Shown here in pieces: positions 16,389-24,972 of a stretch of 32,000 nt of DNA. The notes under the pieces are model-generated. The model did no database searches. It saw only the letters and a program-made list of their open reading frames with translations, and had not been told where the DNA came from. Made by a program: the position numbers and the translations under genes. Within the stretch, counting starts at the first letter, position 1; every line of letters begins with the position of its first letter. The stretch is from an archaeon. Lineage in GTDB: Archaea > Iainarchaeota > Iainarchaeia > Iainarchaeales > JANQMZ01. Location of the stretch: positions 821,279 to 853,278 of the forward strand of contig JANQMZ010000007.1 in the NCBI GenBank assembly GCA_028279805.1, given 5' to 3'.

Positions 16389-16430
16389 AGTATATATAAT
16401 AAGTCTGGGTTAAACCTTATATATTATACT
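16389..16430. promoter_or_regulatory. Divergent TATA-box pair between Sec61-beta (-) and the 16446 gene (+)
   Basis: agtatatataataag (16389-16403) and cttatatattatact (16416-16430) form an imperfect inverted pair, each ~20-27 nt from the respective start codon. Confidence 0.6.
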
Positions 16431-16445
16431 GATGAGCATGATTTT

Positions 16446-17420
16446 ATGGCTGAACTGTCAGGAGATATAGTTAAAACTTTTTCAAAAATTTTAATTGTTT
16501 TAGTTTTAATCGGAGTTTTGTTATACATTTTAACTTTTACCGGGACAATCAAATGCAAAACGGTTCCGGGATGGTGTAATATTTATTATTCAGTCAAAGG
16601 AAAGCCAACAGTTGCAATTGTTCACGGAGACAATGGTTTGGGTGACCCGTTTTTGTTACAGCAGTTACTTCAAAACCCTGAGCACGCAGGAATAAGTGCA
16701 AGAACAATTCCAATTGAAACAATTAGCCTGGGAAACTTAAAAGATTATGAACTTGTTATTGTTGACAGAGCCAGAAAAATGTCTGCAGAACAAATGAAAA
16801 TGTTCATAGATTATGCAAATTCAGGCGGAAATCTGGTCTGGACCGGAGACGCTGGGGCAGAACTGGAAAATGAAGAAAACTATTTGTATGAAGATGAAAG
16901 ATTTGACGGAAACCAGCAACATGTAATCATTGGGCCCTGGTCAAGAAAATTTAACAACAAAATGGTTTTGCTTGACAAAACCTTGTCAGTTCAGTTTAAG
17001 GAAAATTATTGCAATATCGGGAATCAGTCAGCATGCCTTGAAGAACAGGAAAATTGTGCCGGCAAACTGATAACAGTTGACAGTGACCATCCTTTAACAA
17101 GAGCTTTAAGGCCTGAATTAACTTTGTGTTTTTATGGAAAAAATGGTCCAGCCTTAGTTGAACCGACAAACACCGGTTTAAGCAAAACACTTTTATCTGT
17201 TGATTTCGGTTCAAATGTAAATGTTGACGGTGAAAATATTGGAAGAACCTTGCCTGTAATCATTTCATCATCAGAATTAAGCTTTTTGGGATTGAATGTG
17301 GGAGAAAATGTTTTCTATTATGCAATTCCTCCCGAATTGTTATCCGATTCAAGATTGTCAGATGAACACAGGTATGACTCAATTTTGGGCAATTTATATT
17401 TCGGCATTTTGTTCGGTTAA
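16446..17420 (+). CDS. Membrane-anchored protein with GATase1-like/DUF4350-like extracytoplasmic domain, unknown function
   Basis: 324 aa; one N-terminal TM helix then TVAIVHGDNGLG...YELVIVDRARKMSAEQMKMFIDYANSGGNLVWTGDAG. Confidence 0.5.
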   Translation: MAELSGDIVKTFSKILIVLVLIGVLLYILTFTGTIKCKTVPGWCNIYYSVKGKPTVAIVHGDNGLGDPFLLQQLLQNPEHAGISARTIPIETISLGNLKDYELVIVDRARKMSAEQMKMFIDYANSGGNLVWTGDAGAELENEENYLYEDERFDGNQQHVIIGPWSRKFNNKMVLLDKTLSVQFKENYCNIGNQSACLEEQENCAGKLITVDSDHPLTRALRPELTLCFYGKNGPALVEPTNTGLSKTLLSVDFGSNVNVDGENIGRTLPVIISSSELSFLGLNVGENVFYYAIPPELLSDSRLSDEHRYDSILGNLYFGILFG

Positions 17421-17560
17421 AACGCCAAAAAAGCATCAAAACATTTATAAACAACCATTTCTATTAGATTTACAATTTGTGCTGACAGCAAAAGTTATTT
17501 AAACACTGGACGCATAAATAGTATTAACATATTCATTGAAAATAGTGAGGTTTGATAATA

Positions 17561-18394
17561 ATGGCTTATCCTGAAGATGATGGGGGCGACGTTGGAATGG
17601 CACCTAGCTTGGGCGGCGGAAGCCTGACAAGCAAATTAAAAAATTTTGAAGGTTTGATTCCTTTAATTTTAATCGGACTTATTGTTGTAGTCGGAGCCAG
17701 CATGCTTGGCTTTGTTGATCTTCCTTTTATTTCAAAACAGGGACCGGTTAACATGCTTGTAATTGGCTCACCTTCAATTCAAACACAGGAAATTTTAGAT
17801 GAGGATAGGGACTTAGTTGTTTACACCATAAGACCTGCCCAGTCTTTAACTGCAAATCCTGGAGAAGCTTTAGGAGAATATGATGTTGTAATGCTTGACC
17901 AGTCAGCACAATTTGACAAAACAATTCCAAGAGTTTTAGGTGAAGCTTTGCAGAATTATGTTACAAAAGGCGGAAAATTAATTGTTGTTGCAAACAGTGG
18001 AATTGCAAGAGTTGGCGCTCCGGACGTAATCGGCTGGAAAGCAAGCCTTGGAGATGTTGTGCCGGTTGAATGTACAAGATTACCAAACGGAACTCCAAGC
18101 TGCCAGCAAAGCGTTTTTGTAAGAGGAGAAATCTGGAGACAGGATTTTGACCATCCAATAATGCGGGGAATTGAACTTGTACCTGCATTACCGGAATTGC
18201 CTCTTTTGGAACTTGAAACATTTGAAGTCAGTGAAACAGGAAACACAGTTGCATTCATTAAAAGCGCTGATACTCCTCAGTGGTATCCTGCTATAGTTGA
18301 AAAAAGACTTGTTTTAGGAAAAAGTGTTTATTTCAATTATAATCCTGGATTGACAAGAGGAATATTTGAAGCAACACTGGCTTATTTGAGGTAA
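17561..18394 (+). CDS. Membrane-anchored protein, paralogue of the 16446 product; start probably MAYPEDDGG
   Basis: TM helix, then YDVVMLDQSAQFDKTIPRVLGEALQNYVTKGGKLIVVANSGIARVG aligning with the neighbouring protein; ATG preceded by gtgaggtttgataatg. Confidence 0.5.
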   Translation: MAYPEDDGGDVGMAPSLGGGSLTSKLKNFEGLIPLILIGLIVVVGASMLGFVDLPFISKQGPVNMLVIGSPSIQTQEILDEDRDLVVYTIRPAQSLTANPGEALGEYDVVMLDQSAQFDKTIPRVLGEALQNYVTKGGKLIVVANSGIARVGAPDVIGWKASLGDVVPVECTRLPNGTPSCQQSVFVRGEIWRQDFDHPIMRGIELVPALPELPLLELETFEVSETGNTVAFIKSADTPQWYPAIVEKRLVLGKSVYFNYNPGLTRGIFEATLAYLR

Positions 18395-18511
18395 AATTTA
18401 CCTCAACCTTTTTCTTTTTTTTCCAATTTTTCAACATTTTTAATACTTTTGCAGCAGACTATTATTAATTAGCACAATAATTTGCAAAAAACTACTTTGG
18501 AGGTAACAATC

Positions 18512-18919
18512 ATGACTGAAAAAACAAAAACCAATGAAAACGACCCAAAAGCTGAAGCAAAAGAGACTCCTGTTGAAAAACCAGAAGCAAAGAAAACAGA
18601 TGCTTCAAAGCCTGAAGCAAAACCGGCTTTAAAGCAAAAAGCCCAGCTTGGTGCTGATAACACTGTTTTTGTAGGAAAAAAAGGAACAATGGCTTATGTT
18701 TTGGCTGTTGTTACACAATTTAATGGCGGAGCAAAAGAAGTTACAGTAAAAGCACGTGGAAGAGCTATCAGCAGAGCAGTGGATGTTGCTGAAATAGTCA
18801 AACACAGATTTGTTTCAGAGGTTAAAATTGGCGATATTTCAACAACAACTGAAGAAGTAACGTCTTCTGACGGCAAAACATTAAAAGTTTCAGCAATAGA
18901 AATCAAGCTAAACAAGTAA
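18512..18919 (+). CDS. Alba-family DNA/RNA-binding protein with Lys/Glu/Pro/Ala-rich N-terminal extension
   Basis: [51 protein letters not shown] is the Alba core; ATG preceded by ggaggtaacaatc (SD). Confidence 0.92.
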   Translation: MTEKTKTNENDPKAEAKETPVEKPEAKKTDASKPEAKPALKQKAQLGADNTVFVGKKGTMAYVLAVVTQFNGGAKEVTVKARGRAISRAVDVAEIVKHRFVSEVKIGDISTTTEEVTSSDGKTLKVSAIEIKLNK

Positions 18920-19060
18920 ACGCTTGATTTTATTGTTTCTTTTTTTTATTTTTAAGCGGTTTTTACCAAAAGCGTTTTAAAAGCAAGGGTTTATTATGAA
19001 TAAGTTAGGTTTTCAAAACCTGGCTTAAAAAGCTGTTTTTTGTTCAAAATACGAAAAGTT

Positions 19061-19094
19061 TTTAAATATCATGATACTATCATGATACATCATG
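19061..19094 (+). promoter_or_regulatory. TATA box plus tandem palindromic operator in front of the HTH gene
   Basis: TTTAAATA (19061-19068), then TATCATGATA (19067-19076) and TATCATGATA (19078-19087), then ATCATG (19089-19094) containing the start codon. Confidence 0.65.
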
Positions 19095-19562
19095 TCTGAC
19101 TTTGATTCTAATAAAAATTCCAAAAATGAAATTAAAGACATTATTGAAAAAATTTCACCAGATTTTAAAGAAACTTCAGCGGACTTTGAGGACATTGCAA
19201 AATATTCTTCTGATCCAATGGTTTTGTCTGCACTGGTTTTTAAGTTAGCGCAGGAGAAGGAAAAAACAAATAAAATGCTTAACCAGATTCATGACAAGTT
19301 TGACAAAATTTTGTTTGAATTAAAAAAATCTGAAACTGACACTTCTATCCCAACCACCACCTTTAGTGTTCTGCCGGAGCAGGACCAAAAGATCCTTGAC
19401 CTTATCGAAACAAAAGGTATGGCCGAGGCAAGAGACGTTATGCAGATACTTGAATATTCAGGATTGAATGCTGCGTCTCAACGCTTAAACAAACTTTACA
19501 AGGAGGGGCATTTGAAAAAAATAAGATCCGGTAAAAAAGTCTTATATCTTGCAAAGAATTAA
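19092..19562 (+). CDS. Putative winged-HTH transcriptional regulator
   Basis: 156 aa; C-terminal LPEQDQKILDLIETKGMAEARDVMQILEYSGLNAASQRLNKLYKEGHLKKIRSGKKVLYLA. Confidence 0.65.
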   Translation: MSDFDSNKNSKNEIKDIIEKISPDFKETSADFEDIAKYSSDPMVLSALVFKLAQEKEKTNKMLNQIHDKFDKILFELKKSETDTSIPTTTFSVLPEQDQKILDLIETKGMAEARDVMQILEYSGLNAASQRLNKLYKEGHLKKIRSGKKVLYLAKN

Positions 19563-19584
19563 AACCCTTTGCTCTCACACACAA

Positions 19585-19634
19585 GAGCGTTAAGTGCTGA
19601 CCCAACCACCAACCTTTTCACCACTTAATCGCTC
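19585..19634. repeat. 12-bp inverted repeat with 25-nt loop carrying a G-rich (minus strand) motif
   Basis: GAGCGTTAAGTG (19585-19596) vs CACTTAA(t)CGCTC (19622-19634), one bulged nucleotide; minus-strand loop contains GGTTGGTGGTTGGG. Confidence 0.7.
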
Positions 19635-19694
19635 GCCTCCTTTTAACCGGATTTTTTTTTGAATGCTCCTCCCTCCTTTGCCCTGTTTTTTTAA

Positions 19695-21167
19695 TCAGTT
19701 CAAAGAGCTTATTGCAATTTTTTGTTTTGAATTTTTTCTGATTTGAGTTAAAATTGCAAGCATGTTCCATTCTGTTAAAAGTTTTGACCTTGTTTTTATA
19801 ACAGTTTTATTTTCATAATCGGTTTTTTCTAAAACATTTATTCCAAAAAAGTTTTCAGTCAAAAAATTTGATTCATTTTTGTTTTCAAGCCAGTGTACTA
19901 CAAAGCCTTTGTTTTTTTCACTTGGAACAACGATTTCAACATACAAATAGGTTTGAGGTTTTAATTCAAGCTTTAATTTTTCTTCAAGTTCGTTTGTTCT
20001 GAATTCTTTTCCGGGAACAATTCTGTAATAAGCCAGCCATTCAAGTTTGTAAGATTCTTTTATTTCACCAAACTCTGAAACAATTGAATCAATTTTTTTC
20101 TTTTCAGCATTTTTTGGCAAGCCGTAAATGAATAAACCGTTTCCTTCTCCGTCCAAAGGATTTTTTGTAAACTCTTTTGAAAAATTAAAAACAGGGGTGC
20201 CAAAACCAAAGTTAAAAATTGTTCCGAAAAAAGCAGGCAAAAACAGTAAAAAAAGCAAACCAGCAGCCAAATTAAAAGGCTTTTTTACATTTTTTGTTCC
20301 TTGTTTCCATAAAAAATATCCAAGCCCTGTAACCATAATCAAAGGAATTGTAAAATTGTCAGAGAGCGAAAAAACATTATACAAAGGACCCAGAGCAAGG
20401 GGAATAACTCCGATAAAAAGCATGGGGCTAAAATCTTTCAGTGTTTTGTTGCTTGTTTGTAAAAAATTTTTAGAAAAATAAATAGCCAAAAATAGTGCGG
20501 TTACAAGAAAAACAGTTGAACCTGCTCCCCCGTCAATTATTACTCCGGCAAGCCCGAACATTCCGATGTTAAAAACAAAAAAATCAAACAATTCAATTTT
20601 TTTAAGCATTGAATTAATATGAATTAATCCAAAAACAATTACAAGCACAACAATAACAAGCAAAATTATCGCCCAAATTTCCGGGTTTTGTTGTATTTCA
20701 TAAAGCGGTTGGCCTGAATCAAAGGAAGAAAAGTTTTGTCCAAGAATTTGTGTAACAAAGTATATTGTTCCTTTTGTTAAATGGTTATGATACAAGGATG
20801 TTGCTTCCCAGTTTGTCATATTTTCATTTATTGTTGCAATGGGGTAATTGGAATTTAATTCATTTGCAAAAAAACCTGTCTGAACAAGCCCTAATGTAAG
20901 CCCTATAATTCCGGTTAAAATCATTGCAGTAAAATATCTGAATGCTTTTTTTTCATCAATTTTTTTCCCAGTTTTAACAACCATCAGGGAAATTATTCCT
21001 GAAAATGTTAATGCACTCAAAAAAAGCAGTGTTTTTATTTCAGCATTCCCGCCCAAAAATGCCTGAATCACGCCGTGAAAAAAATTCATCGCAGTTGAAT
21101 TAAGCAAAATGATTACAATTATTGCAATATTCGCCAGAACAAATGCTGTTAATTTTTTTTGATTCAT
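19695..21167 (-). CDS. Polytopic membrane protein, possible surface-glycan related
   Basis: 490 aa, ~12 hydrophobic segments followed by a ~150-aa soluble C-terminal domain. Confidence 0.5.
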   Translation of the reverse strand: MNQKKLTAFVLANIAIIVIILLNSTAMNFFHGVIQAFLGGNAEIKTLLFLSALTFSGIISLMVVKTGKKIDEKKAFRYFTAMILTGIIGLTLGLVQTGFFANELNSNYPIATINENMTNWEATSLYHNHLTKGTIYFVTQILGQNFSSFDSGQPLYEIQQNPEIWAIILLVIVVLVIVFGLIHINSMLKKIELFDFFVFNIGMFGLAGVIIDGGAGSTVFLVTALFLAIYFSKNFLQTSNKTLKDFSPMLFIGVIPLALGPLYNVFSLSDNFTIPLIMVTGLGYFLWKQGTKNVKKPFNLAAGLLFLLFLPAFFGTIFNFGFGTPVFNFSKEFTKNPLDGEGNGLFIYGLPKNAEKKKIDSIVSEFGEIKESYKLEWLAYYRIVPGKEFRTNELEEKLKLELKPQTYLYVEIVVPSEKNKGFVVHWLENKNESNFLTENFFGINVLEKTDYENKTVIKTRSKLLTEWNMLAILTQIRKNSKQKIAISSLN

Positions 21168-21171
21168 TTAA

Positions 21172-23463
21172 TTAACTCCTTAAATGCACGTAAAATGAAC
21201 CGTTTGAATAAATTTTATCAAGCTGTTCAAATTCTATTTTTTCAGGCTGCAAATTGCTTCCGACAGGCTGGCTTTCAATAAAAATTGACCTGTTTACCAC
21301 ATATTTTATTCCGTGTTTTTTTAGTATTACATTTTTTCCTGTCTGCAGAAATTCAAAGCTTTCATTAATTTTTTCAGAATCCGCATATTCAACAGCCAAA
21401 TCGCTTAAAATTTTTCTTTCGGTTAAAAAAACAACTGAATGTCCCAAAGCCGGCTCAACCAAAAAATTTGCTTCGGTTGAAGTGTTTTCTTTTAAAAAAG
21501 AAGCCATTTCAATTTCGCTTGCAGGCGTTGAAAACATTGTCATCGCAGTAAAAGTTGTTATTAATCCTAATATTAATGCAAGGCTTAAAGCATGCTCTGC
21601 AAATTTTTGTTTGAAAATTTTTTCAGGCAATGTTTTTGCAATAAACAATGCAAACAATAAAGCTGTTGCAATATTTACCCTGTAACTTATAAATGTCTGT
21701 ACAAGTGCAAGAATTAAAACCGTTGCAAGAATTTTTTTTGATTCATGATTCAGTTTAATTTTTTTTGTCAAAAACATTGGCATTAAAACAATTAATGAAA
21801 ACAGTGACATTGCAAGAGTGTCAAGTATTACTCCTGGCCACGGCATTCCGAAATTGTAACCCCATACGCTTGCATTTGCCTGTGTTACAAAACCATGCCT
21901 TAATATTACCTGGCTGAATGAAATTAAAACCAGAACAGATGCGATCAAAACCTGTTTCAGAACGGGAACAATTTTTTTAAATCCGAGCAATACAACTCCT
22001 ATGATTCCGAAAAAAGCGAGAAGCAATGGCTGCATGAATCCTGCAAATGCCAAAAGAATTCCAGGAGTAATTTTATTGTTTTCTTTTAAAAAAACAGCCA
22101 GTGCCAGCAACATAAAAGAAAAACTGATTGTGTGCCTTATGTTAAACATTAAGTCTCCGAAAATAAAACCGCTCATGAAAAAAAGAGCTGTTATAAGATA
22201 AGCAATTTTTGTTTCAATTTTTAATTCTTTTAACAATAAAAGCATTGAAACCAGAATCATTGTTCCTGCTAACAGCGTTATAATGGGAAAAATGTTGCTG
22301 CCGGGCAACCCTGTTAAAACCTGTAAAGCTGCGTTTATGAAAAAGTATCCTGAAACATATCCAAAAGGCTTTGTTCCTAATTCTGAAAAAGGGTCAATTA
22401 CGGGAATTTCATGTGTTTGGGCTATTAATGTTGCCTGTCTTTCATAAAAGGATGTCCAAAGGCTTACATAGTTTTCAGTAAACAAATGAAAAAATAATGC
22501 GCTGAACAAAATAAATCCGATTAACAGAATTTCAAAATAGCTTAATTTTCTTATTTTTATTTTATTTTTCTGAAAATTTTTTTTAAAATAAAAAGCCAAT
22601 CCTAGTGTAAAAAAGACTGTTATTAAAGCCATTAATTCTGCTGAAAAAATATTGGCATTTAACAAAATAAAAGGAATTACTCCCATGAACCCGAAAAATG
22701 ACGCAATGGAATAAGCGGTTCTTTCAAGCAGATTTTTTTTTGCAAAAACAAACAAAAACAAAACACTTAGAAGTCCTGCAATAATGGCAAGGCTTAAAAC
22801 AAGCGGAATATGAAAAGTTTCTTTTTTTTGAACAATTGTTTCCTCACTTTGATTCCCAAAAACAATTTTTACATTGTTTTCTCCGGGTTGAAGGGAAAGT
22901 TTTTCAGAAAATTCCTGATTTTTTTTTGAAGGAAAAACACTGTGATCTTTTTTTCCGTTTACAAGAATTGTAGCAGGTTCATATTTTTGCAAGTCATTGT
23001 TTTCAATTTTGAAAACAATTTCATTTTCGTTTGCTGAAACAATTGAAATTTTTGGATTTTGCTGTTCCAAAAAATCGGTTTTTTGAATGTGGTAAAAAAC
23101 CCTGTCATTTCCAAGATTAATAAAAACAATGTTGTCTCCCGATTCAAGTTCTTCAGAGGAAAAGCATTCATTTAATGTTTGTTTTTGTGAAACATCTATT
23201 TTTTTTTCAATTAATATTTTTTTGTTTACAGTTACATTTAATTTTTCAATTTTTTTCCGGTCAAAATTGTTTGGCTCCAGGTTTAGATTAAAGCAGGCAT
23301 CATTTTCTGCAATTTTTTTGTCAAAAGATTTTAACTGCATTTCAGTAAACGCAGGTTTTGTTGCAAGGGAATGCCAGTAACCTGTTGTAAAAACAGCTAA
23401 AAACAATATTAAAAAAATTCCGGCAAATATTTTGAATTCCTGTGAAAAACGCATTTTTCTCAC
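21172..23463 (-). CDS. Large polytopic membrane protein, GT-C glycosyltransferase-like
   Basis: 763 aa; N-terminal extracytoplasmic beta-rich region, many TM segments, C-terminal soluble tail (FLKENTSTEANFLVEPALGHSVVFLTERKILSD). Confidence 0.5.
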   Translation of the reverse strand: MRKMRFSQEFKIFAGIFLILFLAVFTTGYWHSLATKPAFTEMQLKSFDKKIAENDACFNLNLEPNNFDRKKIEKLNVTVNKKILIEKKIDVSQKQTLNECFSSEELESGDNIVFINLGNDRVFYHIQKTDFLEQQNPKISIVSANENEIVFKIENNDLQKYEPATILVNGKKDHSVFPSKKNQEFSEKLSLQPGENNVKIVFGNQSEETIVQKKETFHIPLVLSLAIIAGLLSVLFLFVFAKKNLLERTAYSIASFFGFMGVIPFILLNANIFSAELMALITVFFTLGLAFYFKKNFQKNKIKIRKLSYFEILLIGFILFSALFFHLFTENYVSLWTSFYERQATLIAQTHEIPVIDPFSELGTKPFGYVSGYFFINAALQVLTGLPGSNIFPIITLLAGTMILVSMLLLLKELKIETKIAYLITALFFMSGFIFGDLMFNIRHTISFSFMLLALAVFLKENNKITPGILLAFAGFMQPLLLAFFGIIGVVLLGFKKIVPVLKQVLIASVLVLISFSQVILRHGFVTQANASVWGYNFGMPWPGVILDTLAMSLFSLIVLMPMFLTKKIKLNHESKKILATVLILALVQTFISYRVNIATALLFALFIAKTLPEKIFKQKFAEHALSLALILGLITTFTAMTMFSTPASEIEMASFLKENTSTEANFLVEPALGHSVVFLTERKILSDLAVEYADSEKINESFEFLQTGKNVILKKHGIKYVVNRSIFIESQPVGSNLQPEKIEFEQLDKIYSNGSFYVHLRS

Positions 23464-23507
23464 TTGAATTAAAATACCCTGAAAGCATTTTTAATGGCTT
23501 TATTGTT

Positions 23508-24920
23508 TCAATCAGACCTGTTTAAAACATAAAAATAGTTGTTTTCATGGGATAAAACCAGTTTAAGCTGTTCTTTTTCAATTTTTTCAGTATTGCAATT
23601 AAATATCTGGCTTGAAAGGGGGGAAATATGGAGTATTTGAGCATCAAATTTTTTCATTGTTTCTGCAAAAGAACAGTTTTGAAAAGCATTAAATGTTTCC
23701 GAAAGCCTTTGGTTTGCTTCAGGCACTGACTCCATAAAAGCTCCTATAACCACTTTTTTTTGTGTAACATACGGAATTGTGTAAGAGCCTATAAAATCGC
23801 TCAAAACTTTTTCCCCTTCAATTTCCTTTAAGGCTTCCAATGCTTTAATGTTTTCATCTGAAAAATAACTCGGCTCAAAAACAAATGAATGCCCTATTAC
23901 CAGAAGCCAGAAAAATCCGAAAGACAATAATCCCAGGCCAAGCCTTGTTGAAATTCTCGGCTTTAATTCTTTTATGCCCAGCACAAGTATCAGCGGAATG
24001 AATGCAAACAAATACACACCGGTTCTCATTGCAAAAATGCCCGGCTGAAAAAGTGAATGAATTAATATACCAACAAAAAAAGGCAGGGTAAACAGAAAAT
24101 ATTTTTTTTTGTAAATCAAAAATAATGCCAAAATTAGTGCTGCAAAAAATAAAACTGAAAAAATTTCATGCAGTTGCATAAACTGAATCCACGGATTAAT
24201 TATTCTTTGGGTTGCCAGCAAAGAATCAAGCCTTGGAAAAATCCAAACAAGCGAAATCAATGATGTTATTACCGGCAATGCAATTTGTTTTATTGTTATT
24301 TCTTTTTTCCATAAAAAATAAGCTGAAAAAACCAGAAACAACAACCCAAATGTTAAGAAAGAACGGTAATGAAACAATGCAAAAGCTGAAAAAATTAAGG
24401 CAAGTTTTACAAAATCTTTTTTTAACAAAAAATAAAGGCTTACTGAAAAAAACATTAATCCAAGTGTTTCAGGAATAGCATTTAATAATCGCCTGAACAG
24501 CCACGGCATCATAACGGTTAAAGCTGAAACAAAATATGCATGTTCTTTTGGCAAAAACATTAAAGCTGTTTTAAATGAAAAAAATGCAATTATTGCAAAT
24601 GCCAGCATTCCCAAAAGTTTCCAGACACTCAGCAAAGGCAAACCGGTAACAAGTGCAATGCCTGAACTTAAAACATCAAACAATGGTGCGTAAATTTTTT
24701 GCAATCCCAGACCAAAAGCATCTGTTTCCAATCCTATAAATCCCGTTTCCATAATTGATTCTGTTGCTCTTGCCCTTTCAAACTGATCACTTATAAAAAA
24801 ATGTTCCTGTATTGCAAATCCTAAAACTATTATCAAGAATGATAAAATTAGCATTGCCGGAAACGCTTTTTCTTTTTTCATCCTATTCTTTATGATTTGA
24901 GTATTTAAAGCCTTTTTCAA
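23508..24920 (-). CDS. Polytopic membrane protein, GT-C glycosyltransferase-like
   Basis: 470 aa; ESIMETGFIGLETDAFGLGLQKIYAPLFDVLSSGIAL and multi-TM core resemble GT-C family enzymes. Confidence 0.5.
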   Translation of the reverse strand: MKKALNTQIIKNRMKKEKAFPAMLILSFLIIVLGFAIQEHFFISDQFERARATESIMETGFIGLETDAFGLGLQKIYAPLFDVLSSGIALVTGLPLLSVWKLLGMLAFAIIAFFSFKTALMFLPKEHAYFVSALTVMMPWLFRRLLNAIPETLGLMFFSVSLYFLLKKDFVKLALIFSAFALFHYRSFLTFGLLFLVFSAYFLWKKEITIKQIALPVITSLISLVWIFPRLDSLLATQRIINPWIQFMQLHEIFSVLFFAALILALFLIYKKKYFLFTLPFFVGILIHSLFQPGIFAMRTGVYLFAFIPLILVLGIKELKPRISTRLGLGLLSFGFFWLLVIGHSFVFEPSYFSDENIKALEALKEIEGEKVLSDFIGSYTIPYVTQKKVVIGAFMESVPEANQRLSETFNAFQNCSFAETMKKFDAQILHISPLSSQIFNCNTEKIEKEQLKLVLSHENNYFYVLNRSD

Positions 24921-24972
24921 ACAAAGCTTTTTAATTTCGTTGTTAAATCCTATTTTCAGGGAGAAATCTTAA

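Noticed and set aside
19007-19021. Perfect inverted repeat AGGTTTTCAAAACCT between the Alba and HTH genes
   Set aside because: One-nt centre cannot form an RNA hairpin; short A/T-rich palindrome of uncertain meaning, possibly a protein site but weak.
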